From Candidatus Eiseniibacteriota bacterium (GTDB lineage: Bacteria > Eisenbacteria > RBG-16-71-46 > CAIMUX01 > VGJL01): 64,000 nt of DNA. The stretch's first letter is position 1. Each line of letters starts with the position of its first letter. The stretch covers positions 1 to 64,000 of the forward strand of contig JBHGAY010000025.1 of NCBI GenBank assembly GCA_041946735.1, given 5' to 3'. Of this stretch, positions 20,580-30,013 are shown piece after piece. Under the pieces are notes generated by a model. It made no database searches. It was not told the origin of the DNA and saw nothing but the letters and a program-made list of their open reading frames with translations. The translations under genes and the position numbers were made by a program.

Positions 20580-21056
20580 ATGAGAAGGTTGCTGCTGTCG
20601 TTCTCGATCTGTTTGCTCCTGTCCGGATGGGCGGGCGCCGCGCTGGCCTTGCCCGACTTCTACGAGGCGGCGTTGACGAGCGAGCAGGAAGTCCCACCGA
20701 ACGACTCGCCCGGCTACGGCGTCTGCAGCATCACACTCGTCGACGAGAACACGATCACCTTCCGCCTGGAGTTCGCCGATCTGACGAGCCAGGCGGTCGC
20801 GGCCCACATTCATCTCGGCTACGCCGGGCAGAACGGGCCGGTCCTCTATCCTCTTTCGGAGGTGCCTTTCGATTCTCCGATCGAGGGGACGATCGACTTC
20901 GATCCGCAATACCTCGACGAGCTGGAGAGCCAGGGGCTCTACGTGAACATCCACACCGTGAACTATCCGAACGGGGAGATCCGCGGACAGATCTGCCACT
21001 TCCCGGTCGCAACCGAGGAGACGAGCTGGGGCAAGGTGCGCTCTCTCTACCGCTGA
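20580..21056 (+). CDS. Secreted CHRD-domain protein with C-terminal SWG motif
   Basis: Signal peptide; 'QEVPP', 'AAHIH', 'LYVNIHTVNYPNGEIRGQI'; ends 'VATEETSWGKVRSLYR'. Confidence 0.92.
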   Translation: MRRLLLSFSICLLLSGWAGAALALPDFYEAALTSEQEVPPNDSPGYGVCSITLVDENTITFRLEFADLTSQAVAAHIHLGYAGQNGPVLYPLSEVPFDSPIEGTIDFDPQYLDELESQGLYVNIHTVNYPNGEIRGQICHFPVATEETSWGKVRSLYR

Positions 21057-21258
21057 ACGATCTCATAGATCTCGGGCGCTATCGGGCGTAACGAGGGCCG
21101 GACGGAACGCGCAAGCGGGAAGTCCGGCCCTTCCGCTGCCGGCCGCCAGGCGTTCCGGCGGCGCAGCGGGCGCCGGTGGGGCGGCCGTCGTTGGGGCGGG
21201 CGCCGGCGGGATGCGCGAGAGCTTGACGAGGGAGAGGGAGGGAGGCATCGTAGCCGCC

Positions 21259-21543
21259 ATGAGCGAGGGACGGGTCCGACAGTTCCGGGCGATCGTGCGC
21301 GGCAGAGTACAGGGAGTCAGCTATCGCGCGTCGACCGTCGAGGAGGCGCTTGCGCTCGATCTCGCCGGCTATGCGCGCAATCAGGCGGATGGGTCGGTGG
21401 AAGTGGTCGCGCGCGGCGACGAGGAGTCGCTGCACCGCCTGCTCGAGTATCTTCATCGCGGCCCGACGCTCGCCCGCGTGACCGGAGTGGAGGTCGAGTG
21501 GGACGACTCCACCCCGGCTCCGCATCCGTTCCGCGTCCGCTGA
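21259..21543 (+). CDS. acyP: Acylphosphatase
   Basis: 'VRGRVQGVSYR', 'GYARNQADGSVEVVA'. Confidence 0.95.
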   Translation: MSEGRVRQFRAIVRGRVQGVSYRASTVEEALALDLAGYARNQADGSVEVVARGDEESLHRLLEYLHRGPTLARVTGVEVEWDDSTPAPHPFRVR

Positions 21544-21596
21544 GTCGGCTGCGCGTCCTGAGTCCGTTCCGCGTCCGCTGATTCCGCTGACGGGGG

Positions 21597-22937
21597 CTAG
21601 ACGTCCGGCGTGAGCGCGACCGCGGTGGCACGGAAGCGATCGAGCCGCTCGCGGCAGGCCGCCTCTCCTTCCTCGCACGATCCCTGAGCGAAACGGACGG
21701 TTCCGCCCCCCTTGCCTCGGAGCGGCGGCGCAAGAGCCGCCTGCAGCGTGGCGCGCGCATCGAACGGCGCGTCCGCTGGAAGGATCGGCGAAGCGGCCGC
21801 CACCCAGTGAGAGCGCCCGCCCGGATCTCCGCCGGCGAGGAGGACGACCGCAGCGGCGGAAGCCGCCGCCTCGGTGACACGGCCGGCGAGACGCCGCAGC
21901 AGCTCCGCATCGCCTCCCTCGATCCATGAAGCGACGACCGCGACGCCCTTCGCCGTTCGTGGAGCGACGGCGAGGAGCCGATCCCCTTCGAGCGCCGCCC
22001 AGCGCTCCTGCCACGACCGCGCGCGGCGTTCCGCCTCCCGGCTCGACTCCTGAAGTCCTCCGACGACCCGGGGCAGATCCGTCCAGGCGGCGCTCGCGAG
22101 GCGCGCGGCGGCGTCGGCCGACGCGAGGACCGTCCGGAACGCCGCCAGCGCCCGCTCTCCGCAGACGAAGTGCAGCCGGACGCGGCCGCGCACGCGCTCC
22201 TGCTTGAGAACGTGGATCGATCCGACCTCCCCCGTCCGTGCGACGTGCGTTCCGCAGCATGGCTGGACGTCGATGCCCCCCATATCGACGATGCGAAGCG
22301 GAAGCTGCCCCGGGCGCGGGACGGCGCGCGTCTCGACCGGCACGTCGTCCCAGATCCAGCCGTTCGCCTGCGTCTCGGCTTCCGCGATGCGCGCGAGGTC
22401 GAGGTCGCGGTCGCCGCCGAGGTCGCGATCGGGGTCGCGGCCGAGGTCGAGGTCACGGTCGCGGTCCGCCTTGCCTTCCCCTTCGAGATCGATCGTCGAA
22501 ACGTCCTCCCCCATGTGGAAGGAGACGGTCTCCCGCCCGAGCACGACGGAGAAGGCGCGCGAGAGGAGGTGCTGCCCGCTGTGCTGCTGGCGCCGGTCGC
22601 GCCGCACGCGCGCGTCGACCTCGCCGTGGACGATCGCGCCCTCGCGCCACGCGGCTTCGGGCGGCGGGTCGTGCGCGAGGAGATGCCAGATCGTCCCCTG
22701 CGGGTCGATCCGGACGCCGAGGACCGGGATGCCCGCGATCGAGCCGCGGTCGGAGAGCTGCCCGCCGTCCTCGGCGAAGAAGGCGGTCGCGTCGAGAGCG
22801 ACCTCCGGGCCGGATCGGCCGGCGTCGCTCGCGCCCGGCGTCATCGCGAAGACGCGGGCGTCGAAGGCGAGACGGGACGGGTCCTCGTCGAAGAGTCTGC
22901 GGGTAGGGGGCAACGCGGGGACTTCGAGGGGTGGCAA
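21597..22937 (-). CDS. AlaX-type alanyl-tRNA editing protein with DHHA1 domain
   Basis: 'GGQLSDRG', Zn ligands 'QQHSGQHLL' and 'PCCGTHV', C-terminal 'KGGG'. Confidence 0.9.
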   Translation of the reverse strand: MPPLEVPALPPTRRLFDEDPSRLAFDARVFAMTPGASDAGRSGPEVALDATAFFAEDGGQLSDRGSIAGIPVLGVRIDPQGTIWHLLAHDPPPEAAWREGAIVHGEVDARVRRDRRQQHSGQHLLSRAFSVVLGRETVSFHMGEDVSTIDLEGEGKADRDRDLDLGRDPDRDLGGDRDLDLARIAEAETQANGWIWDDVPVETRAVPRPGQLPLRIVDMGGIDVQPCCGTHVARTGEVGSIHVLKQERVRGRVRLHFVCGERALAAFRTVLASADAAARLASAAWTDLPRVVGGLQESSREAERRARSWQERWAALEGDRLLAVAPRTAKGVAVVASWIEGGDAELLRRLAGRVTEAAASAAAVVLLAGGDPGGRSHWVAAASPILPADAPFDARATLQAALAPPLRGKGGGTVRFAQGSCEEGEAACRERLDRFRATAVALTPDV

Positions 22938-22990
22938 CGGGCGCCTCCTTCCTTTCGCGGCGATCGGGCTCCCGGTAGTCTACCAGCGGC

Positions 22991-23875
22991 GTGAACGAAA
23001 ACCTGAAGATCGTGGCCACCTCGGTCGTCGAGGTGTTCGGGCTCGTGGCCGTGGCGTTCGTCTACGCGCGCCGCATGAAGCTCGACCTGAGCGAGACGTT
23101 GCGGCTCGCGATGCACATCTTCGTCCCCTGCCTGGCCTTCTCATCGATCGTCGATTCCCGGATCGAGGCGCGCGAGTTCGCGGTCGCGGCCGGGGCGACG
23201 CTGATCCAGATCGGCGCCGGCCTGCTGCTCGGATGGATGGGGCTTCTCGCGCTCGGTTGGCGCGCGCGCCGGGAGCTTCTCCTTCCTATCGCGTTCGTCA
23301 ACTCCGCGAACCTTCCGTTTCCCCTGCTGCTGACGAACTTCGGGACCGAAGGGCTGTCGCGCGGAGTCCTCTGCTACACGGTCACGAACCTGATGATCTT
23401 CTCGGTCGGGATTGTGCTGCTGCACGGCGGGGGCCGGGTTCGCGAGGCGATGAAGGAGCCGGCGCTGTGGGCGTCGGTCCTCGCCGGCATCGTCAAGATC
23501 GCGAGGATCGAGGTGCCGGACGTCGTGCTGCGGGTTCCGCGCCTGGCCGGGATGGCGGCCGTCCCGCTGATGCTGTTCCTCTTCGGCGATTCGCTCGCGC
23601 GCACGCGGCTGACGACCCTGCGACCGGCGATCGCCGCGGTCCTCCTGCGCTACGGGAGTGGGCTCGCGGGCCTCGCGCTGGCGCTGTGGCTGTTCCGTCC
23701 GCAGGGGATCCTGCGGCAGGTGCTGATCCTCTACGCGCTGCTTCCCTCGGCAGTGATCAACGTGGTCCTGACGCAGAAGGCGGGACGGGACGAAGCCTCG
23801 GTCGCCTCGGCGGTGCTGCTGGCGAGCCTCGCGAGCGTGGTGATCCTGCCGGTCGTCCTCGCGCTCATCCGCTGA
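22991..23875 (+). CDS. AEC family transporter
   Basis: About 10 TM segments; 'NSANLPFPL', 'AVPLMLFLFG', 'LPSAVIN'. Confidence 0.88.
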   Translation: MNENLKIVATSVVEVFGLVAVAFVYARRMKLDLSETLRLAMHIFVPCLAFSSIVDSRIEAREFAVAAGATLIQIGAGLLLGWMGLLALGWRARRELLLPIAFVNSANLPFPLLLTNFGTEGLSRGVLCYTVTNLMIFSVGIVLLHGGGRVREAMKEPALWASVLAGIVKIARIEVPDVVLRVPRLAGMAAVPLMLFLFGDSLARTRLTTLRPAIAAVLLRYGSGLAGLALALWLFRPQGILRQVLILYALLPSAVINVVLTQKAGRDEASVASAVLLASLASVVILPVVLALIR

Positions 23876-24629
23876 CGCGGCCGTTAGGCACGAGGCGGAG
23901 CGGCTGCACGGCGCGGCGCGGCGCGGCCGAGCGATCAGCTTCGGCGACCGACGGCTCTCCCAGATAGTCCTGGAGCAGATCCTCGAGCTTGCGTGCGTCG
24001 CCAAGGCCGGAGGACGTCCACAGGTGCGCGCCCTCGGCCGTCAACAGGACGAGGGAAGGTTCCGGCACGGCGTTGGGCACGACGCGAGCCAGGGCGGCGG
24101 CGTCCCCCGTATAGAGCAGGCTCGGGATCGAGGGGGTGTGCTGCCGCTCCCACGCGCGGACCGACTCGACCGCGGCGGAAGCGCCCCCCGCCGGCGAGCC
24201 GTCCGGACGGCTACCAGGCGCCTGCCCCTGCTCCTGCGCCCGTGGCTGCGCCTGCCCCGTCGTGAGGACGAGAGCATCGATCTCCACGCCGACGGTCGCC
24301 AGGCCGCGCCGCTTCCACTCGCGCGCAATCGAGGCGAGGCGATCCGGCGGCGGCTCGCCGATCGTCCACAGGACGACCAGGACGGCCCCCTCCGGATCGG
24401 CGCGCAGCATCGCCTGACGCAGCAACGAGCGAAGCGACTCCTCTCCCCCGGCCGGCATCGGGCCAGGCTTCTGCTCCGCGCGCTCGCGCCCGCACACGGC
24501 GCCCCCGAGCAACGCGAGCACAAGCAGAAGCCCGAGGAGGAGCCGGCTCGCCGTCGTTTCGGCGGGCCGGGGCGGCTGCAGCGGCTGCGGCGGCTGCGGC
24601 GGCATCCGAGGGGGCATGAGGTGAAGCAC
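23865..24629 (-). CDS. Hypothetical membrane-anchored protein, degenerate thioredoxin/TlpA-like fold
   Basis: N-terminal hydrophobic anchor; 'VLVVLWTIGEPPP', 'VGVEID', 'PSLVLLTAEG' pattern without CxxC. Confidence 0.5.
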   Translation of the reverse strand: MLHLMPPRMPPQPPQPLQPPRPAETTASRLLLGLLLVLALLGGAVCGRERAEQKPGPMPAGGEESLRSLLRQAMLRADPEGAVLVVLWTIGEPPPDRLASIAREWKRRGLATVGVEIDALVLTTGQAQPRAQEQGQAPGSRPDGSPAGGASAAVESVRAWERQHTPSIPSLLYTGDAAALARVVPNAVPEPSLVLLTAEGAHLWTSSGLGDARKLEDLLQDYLGEPSVAEADRSAAPRRAVQPLRLVPNGRVSG

Positions 24630-24710
24630 GCTTGTATACTACCGGGCGGTCCGATCGGGACCAAGGAGGGGGGATCGCATGGGCGCCGTTCTCGTAAGGG
24701 CTGCCGTCCG

Positions 24711-24820
24711 GCTGTCGCATCGCCTGTCGCACAGGCTCTCGCACCGGCTCTCACGCGGTCGCTCGCACCAGCAATCGCGCGGCCTCCCGCGCCGCCTTTC
24801 GCACCAGCTCTCGCAACCGC
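24711..24820 (+). repeat. Degenerate 12-bp tandem repeats (CTSTCGCACCGG-like)
   Basis: ctgtcgcatcgc ctgtcgcacagg ctctcgcaccgg ctctcacgcggt cgctcgcaccag ... ctttcgcaccag ctctcgcaaccg. Confidence 0.75.
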
Positions 24821-24837
24821 ACCACGGCGCGACGCGG

Positions 24838-26937
24838 ATGCTCCTCCCCTTCCTCGCCCTCGCCCTCGGACTCGCGGCGCCGTCCCCGTCGCCGGGCGCG
24901 GATCCGGTCGCGGACTCCCCCGTCCCCGATCCCGTGCGGCGCGCTCTCGCGGCGATCGACCTCGAGCCTCCGTCCCTCGCGATCGACCTTCGCGATCTCT
25001 CGCTCTTCGGCGGCGATCGCGGGCGCCTGCGCTTCTACGACGCGCTCGTGACGCGCCCGCTTCGCATCCCCGGGGACGTCGGAGCGATCCAAGCCGGTCT
25101 CGTTCGCTCCGCGGACCGTCCCGCCGATCTCTTCGTCGCCGCCACGAGCCGGCTGGGAACGGCCGTCCGCCGCGGACTGATCACCAACCCGGTCGAGGAG
25201 ATCCGCGAAGGGCTCCCGGAGCGCGAGCCGCTCGCTGGCGCGCTGCGCGACCTCTGGCGCGCCGCCGGCCGGCCGATGCAGCCGGAGCAGCAGGAGCGCT
25301 TGCGCGCGGCGGCGCGAAACGTTCCGGATTCGCTCGCCGCCCCGCTCGCCGTGCTGCTCGAGGCGTGCGTGCGCGCCACCCGCGCCCGCGCCGACGCCTT
25401 CGCGCCGGCCGGCCTCGACGGGGACCAGCTCGCGCGCGCGTCGATCGCCTACCTGGTCGGTTCCGACGCCGGGACGCTCGACGCGGCCGAGCAGCGCCGG
25501 GTGGAGGAGCCGGCCTTCGCGATCGACGCTCCGCTGTGGAACGCGGGGATCGGCGACCTCCTGCTCGTCCTCGATCGCGTGCTCCCCGCCCTGCGCCGCA
25601 ACGCCGGGCTCGTGCCCGCGCGCGGGTGGCGCGTCGCGACGCCGCTCGGCGAGGTCGTGTTGGCCGGCCCAGGGCCCGACCGGCACGACGGCGAGGCGGC
25701 GCCGCTGCTGCTGATCGACACCGGAGGGGAGGATCGCTACGCGGCCGGAGCCGCCGGGACGTGGGATCGTCCCGTCTCGATCCTGATCGACCTCGCCGGC
25801 AACGATGTCTACGGCGCGGGCGGCGTCGCGGCCGGCGCGGGCGCAATCGGCGGCAGCGCCGCTGCCGCCGACTCGATCGGCCCCTCCTTCGGCGCGGGGC
25901 TCCTCGGCGCCGGGATCCTGATCGACGAGGCGGGCGACGACGTCTACCGGGCCGGATACCTCGGCCTCGGTGCAGGCCTCTACGGCATCGGCATCCTGCT
26001 CGATCGCGCAGGCGACGATCGCTACGAAGGGATCGCGGGCGTCGAAGGCGCGGGCCTTTTCGGCGTCGGGATCCTCGCCGACCTCGACGGGAACGACCGC
26101 TACCACGCATGGCAGCAAGCGCAGGGGTTCGGCTACGTGCTCGGCGCCGGGCTTCTCGTCGATCGGTCCGGCGACGATCTGTACGACGCGGACGATGCGA
26201 CGATCCGCTTCCCATCGGCGCAATCGCGCGAGCACAACTCCTCGCTCGCCCAAGGCTTCGGCTTCGGCAAGCGGGCGGACTTCGCCGACGGCCACTCCCT
26301 CGCGGGCGGCGCCGGCATCCTGGCCGACGGCGCCGGAGACGACACCTACCGTTGCGGCGTCTTCGGGCAGGGAGCGGCATACTGGTACGCGGTCGGCATC
26401 CTGGCGGACGCGGCCGGCAAGGACGTCTACGAAGGCACGTGGTACGTGCAAGGCTCGGCCGCGCACTTCGGATGCGGGGTGCTCTGGGAAGGCTCCGGCG
26501 ACGATCGCTACCGCGCGACGCACAATATGGCCCAGGGGTCCGGGCACGATCTCTCGCTCGGGATGCTCTACGAGCGGGACGGAGACGACGCCTACGACGC
26601 GCCGAATCTCTCGCTGGGCGGCGGCAACGCGAACGGCATCGGGATCTTCTGGGACGTGACCGGCGACGACCGGTACCGTGTGGAAGCGGCAACCACGCTC
26701 GGGCGCGCGAACATCGGCTCGCGCGGCGGATTGCGGGATCGAATCGAGTCGATCGGGCTGTTCCTCGACACGGGCGGCCGCGACTCCTACCCTCCCTCGA
26801 AGGAGTTCGCCGGCAACGGCAGGCTCTGGACGCAGGCGGGGACCGACGAGGAGCATCCGCTCGACACCGAGCGTGGAGCGGGGATCGACACGACCTGGAC
26901 GAGCGGCCCGAGCTGGAGAGAGCGGCGGCGGCCGTGA
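24838..26937 (+). CDS. Secreted protein with about 10 'G-x-L-x-D-x-x-G-D-D-x-Y' repeats (putative Ca-binding beta-solenoid)
   Basis: Signal-like 'MLLPFLALALGLAA'; repeats such as LIDEAGDDVY, LLDRAGDDRY, LADLDGNDRY, LVDRSGDDLY. Confidence 0.8.
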   Translation: MLLPFLALALGLAAPSPSPGADPVADSPVPDPVRRALAAIDLEPPSLAIDLRDLSLFGGDRGRLRFYDALVTRPLRIPGDVGAIQAGLVRSADRPADLFVAATSRLGTAVRRGLITNPVEEIREGLPEREPLAGALRDLWRAAGRPMQPEQQERLRAAARNVPDSLAAPLAVLLEACVRATRARADAFAPAGLDGDQLARASIAYLVGSDAGTLDAAEQRRVEEPAFAIDAPLWNAGIGDLLLVLDRVLPALRRNAGLVPARGWRVATPLGEVVLAGPGPDRHDGEAAPLLLIDTGGEDRYAAGAAGTWDRPVSILIDLAGNDVYGAGGVAAGAGAIGGSAAAADSIGPSFGAGLLGAGILIDEAGDDVYRAGYLGLGAGLYGIGILLDRAGDDRYEGIAGVEGAGLFGVGILADLDGNDRYHAWQQAQGFGYVLGAGLLVDRSGDDLYDADDATIRFPSAQSREHNSSLAQGFGFGKRADFADGHSLAGGAGILADGAGDDTYRCGVFGQGAAYWYAVGILADAAGKDVYEGTWYVQGSAAHFGCGVLWEGSGDDRYRATHNMAQGSGHDLSLGMLYERDGDDAYDAPNLSLGGGNANGIGIFWDVTGDDRYRVEAATTLGRANIGSRGGLRDRIESIGLFLDTGGRDSYPPSKEFAGNGRLWTQAGTDEEHPLDTERGAGIDTTWTSGPSWRERRRP

Positions 26938-26965
26938 GGACGGGGAGCTGGAGGGAACGGAAGCG

Positions 26966-27430
26966 ATGACCCTGATGGAACAGATCGACGGCAGGCTTCA
27001 CGATGCGATCAAGGCGCGCGACTTGCGCAGCGCCGACTGCCTGCGAATGTTGAAGAGCAAGCTGATCGAGAAGAGAACCTCCCCCGGGTTCCAGGGAGAG
27101 CTGACCGATGCGGTGGTGCGCGACGTCGCGGCGACCTACGTGAAGCAGCTGCAGCGCTCGATCGCCGAGTTCGAGAAGGCGGGCGAGGCGGGTAGAGGCC
27201 ACATCGAGAAGGTGCGCTGGGAGATCGAAGCGCTTTCGGAGTATCTCCCGAAGCATCTGGACGAGGCGGCCACGCGGCCGATCGTCGAGGCGGCGATCCG
27301 CGACACGGGCGCGACGCAGCCGGGCCAGGCGGGACGGGTGATCGGCGTCGTGATGAAGGCGCACAAGGACGAGGTCGACGCGGCCCTCGTCCGCCGGCTC
27401 GTCGAGGAGATGCTCCGGCACGGCGCATGA
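26966..27430 (+). CDS. GatB/YqeY domain protein
   Basis: 'LRMLKS', 'SIAEFEKAG', 'EIEALSEYLP', 'GRVIGVVMK'. Confidence 0.9.
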   Translation: MTLMEQIDGRLHDAIKARDLRSADCLRMLKSKLIEKRTSPGFQGELTDAVVRDVAATYVKQLQRSIAEFEKAGEAGRGHIEKVRWEIEALSEYLPKHLDEAATRPIVEAAIRDTGATQPGQAGRVIGVVMKAHKDEVDAALVRRLVEEMLRHGA

Positions 27431-27439
27431 GACCGCGCC

Positions 27440-28279
27440 ATGCCTGACCGCCGCCCGCCGGCGCCCGAGACGATTCGCTCGCGCCAGAATCCCAAGGTGG
27501 CGGAGGCGCGCCGGATCGCGCACGACCCGCGCGAGGCGCGGCGCGCGGGGCTCCTTCTCGCCGACGGCGTGACCCTCGTGCTCGAGGCGCTCCGTGCCGG
27601 CCTTGCACCGCGAATCGTCCTCGCCGATCCGGACGATGCGGCCGCCTTCGCTCCGGTGCGCGCCGAAGCGACCTTGCGCCGCGCGCCGCTCGTTCCCGCC
27701 TCCCGCAAGGTCCTCGAGGCGATCTCTACGCTCGCGACCCCGCAGGGAGCGGTCGGGATCTTTGCGCGTCCCTCCCACGAGCTCGCCCCGCTGCTCGCGG
27801 CCGCGGCGCACGCCGGGCCGCCGCTCGTCGCGATCCTGCACGGCCTGCAGGATCCCGCCAACGCCGGCTCGCTCGCGCGCACCGCGCTCGCCGCCGGCTT
27901 GGCCGGGATCGTCACGACCGCCGGGACGGTCGATCCGTTCCACCCGCGCGCCGTCCGCGCTTCGATGGGGGCGGTCTTCCGCCTGCCGATCGCGACCGAC
28001 GCGGACGCCGCTCCGCTGTTCGCCACGCTCGCGAGGAGCGGGTACCGGCGCGTGGCGCTCGACCCGCGCGGCAACGTCCCGCTCGAGTCGATCCGGCTGG
28101 ACCGCGCGACCGCGGTGCTTCTCGGCCGGGAGGGCAGCGGGCTCGACGCCGAGGCGGAGGCGGCATGCGAGGAGCGCGTGCGAATCGCGATGGCGAACGG
28201 CGTCGAGTCGCTCGGAGTCGCCGTGGCGGGGGCGATCCTCTTCTACTCACTCGCGCGATCGCGCGGGGCGCTGTCGTAG
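27440..28279 (+). CDS. TrmH/SpoU family RNA methyltransferase
   Basis: 'TPQG', 'QDPANAGSLART', 'VRASMG', 'GREGSGL', 'VESLGVAVA'. Confidence 0.92.
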   Translation: MPDRRPPAPETIRSRQNPKVAEARRIAHDPREARRAGLLLADGVTLVLEALRAGLAPRIVLADPDDAAAFAPVRAEATLRRAPLVPASRKVLEAISTLATPQGAVGIFARPSHELAPLLAAAAHAGPPLVAILHGLQDPANAGSLARTALAAGLAGIVTTAGTVDPFHPRAVRASMGAVFRLPIATDADAAPLFATLARSGYRRVALDPRGNVPLESIRLDRATAVLLGREGSGLDAEAEAACEERVRIAMANGVESLGVAVAGAILFYSLARSRGALS

Positions 28280-28287
28280 CCGCTGCG

Positions 28288-29763
28288 ATGGCCCGCCCCA
28301 CGGCGCCCACAACGACCGTGCCGCCCGCCGCGACGGCGGCATCCGCGCGCCTCCGCTCCTTCCTCGCCTTCTGCGCCTACGACGTCGGCGACTCCGCGTT
28401 CGCCACGACGATACTCGCCGTCCTGTACAACCAGTACTTCGCGCGGACGGTCGCCGGGGGCGAAACGGGCATCGCGATTCTCGGCGCGCGGATTCCCGGC
28501 GCGACGCTCTACAGCTGGCTCGTCTCGCTGTCGATGCTCGCCGTCGCGGTCGCCGGACCGTTCCTCGGCGCCCGCGCCGACCTTGGCGGCCGGCGCCTTC
28601 CGTGGCTTCGCGGCTTCAGCATCGCCGGAATCGCCGCGACGATCGCGCTCGTCTCGGTCGGTCCGGGACAGTGGGTGCGCGGCTCGCTTCTGTTCATGCT
28701 CGCCTACGCCGCCTTCGCCGCCGCCTCGATTTTCTACAACGCGATCCTCCCGACGCTCGGCGAGCCGGAGCGCCTCGGGCGTCTCTCGGGGATCGCGTGG
28801 GGGTTCGGCTACCTCGGCGGCGCGGCCGTGCTGCTCCTGAACCTCGCTGTCGTCGCGGCGCCCGCCCGCTACGGCCTCTCCGGGACGAACGAGGCTCTGC
28901 GCGTGAGCTTCGCGATGGCGGGGGTGTGGTGGCTTCTGTTCGCGCTGCCGCTGCTCGTCTCCCGGGAGCCGGCCATCCCGGGACGAGCCGGCAAAGCGGG
29001 CGGCACGGGGACGGCAAGCGCCGGCGCGCGCGAGGCGATTCGCCGCGTTCGGCGCACGCTCGGCGAGATCCGGCGAACGCGTCACATCTTCCGGTACCTG
29101 CTCGCGTATCTGATCTACAACGACGGAATCCAGACGGTGATCGGCACGGCGAGCATCTTCGCCGCGGCCGAGCTCGGCTTCACGACGCAACAGCTCATCT
29201 ATCTCTTCCTGATGATCCAGGGGACCGCGTTCGTCGGCGCGCTCGCCGCCGGGCGGATCGCCGACGCCGCCGGCCACCGGACGACGATCCTCGCGCAGCT
29301 CGTCGGCTGGGTTGTTCTGACGGCGTGGGGACGATGGGTCGGCATCTTCGGCGCGGCGCGCACCGAGTTCTGGATCCTGTCGGCCGTCGCCGGCGTGCTC
29401 CTCGCCGGAGTGCAGACGGTCAGCCGCTCGCTTCTCGCCCGCTGGACGCCGGTCGAACGCTCCGCGGAGATCTTCGGCTTCTTCTCCGTTGCGGGACGTT
29501 TCGCCTCGGTGCTCGGCCCTCTCGTCTTCGGCGCCGTCGCCTGGATGTCGGGAGGGCTTCGCCCCGCGACCCTCTCGGTCGGCCTCTTCTTCGTCCTCGG
29601 GATCGTGCTGCTCCTGCGGGTCGACGAGAGGCAGGGGGAGCGGGAGCTGCGGGAGACGGCCGCGCCGGCTGCATCGGCCGCACGGGCCGCCCCGGATGCA
29701 CCGGCTGCGTCGGCAGCACCGGCCGCCCCTGGTGCGCCGGGCGCGCCGGCCGAAGGGCCGTGA
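28288..29763 (+). CDS. MFS transporter (UMF1/Atg22-like)
   Basis: 'YDVGDSAF', 'IFYNAILP', 'GFGYLGG', 'YNDGIQTV', 'SRSLLA', 'EIFGFF'. Confidence 0.92.
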   Translation: MARPTAPTTTVPPAATAASARLRSFLAFCAYDVGDSAFATTILAVLYNQYFARTVAGGETGIAILGARIPGATLYSWLVSLSMLAVAVAGPFLGARADLGGRRLPWLRGFSIAGIAATIALVSVGPGQWVRGSLLFMLAYAAFAAASIFYNAILPTLGEPERLGRLSGIAWGFGYLGGAAVLLLNLAVVAAPARYGLSGTNEALRVSFAMAGVWWLLFALPLLVSREPAIPGRAGKAGGTGTASAGAREAIRRVRRTLGEIRRTRHIFRYLLAYLIYNDGIQTVIGTASIFAAAELGFTTQQLIYLFLMIQGTAFVGALAAGRIADAAGHRTTILAQLVGWVVLTAWGRWVGIFGAARTEFWILSAVAGVLLAGVQTVSRSLLARWTPVERSAEIFGFFSVAGRFASVLGPLVFGAVAWMSGGLRPATLSVGLFFVLGIVLLLRVDERQGERELRETAAPAASAARAAPDAPAASAAPAAPGAPGAPAEGP

Positions 29764-29826
29764 CGGAAAACCAAGACGGGAGGAACCGCCTCTGGGCAGA
29801 TCCTCCCGCGCCTGTCTCGTTCAGCT

Positions 29827-29898
29827 TAGCGCTACGGGGATTCGAACCCCGGTTTGATGGCTGAGAACCATCCGTCCTAACCCCTAGACGATAGCGCC
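29827..29898 (-). tRNA. tRNA-Glu (anticodon CUC), CCA not encoded
   Basis: GGCGCTATCGTCTAGGGGTTAGGACGGATGGTTCTCAGCCATCAAACCGGGGTTCGAATCCCCGTAGCGCTA folds as a cloverleaf. Confidence 0.95.
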
Positions 29899-30013
29899 GC
29901 GTCTCGCGATTCTAGGAAACGCTCTCCGCCGTCCGCAACCCTTCTTTGGCCGCAGCGTCCGCCTGCGGAGCGAGCCTGGGACGGCTTGCTTCCGAGCCGA
30001 GGGACGGCTTGTT

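Noticed and set aside
24711..24820. Possible CRISPR array
   Set aside because: Contiguous degenerate 12-bp units without unique spacers; no cas genes.
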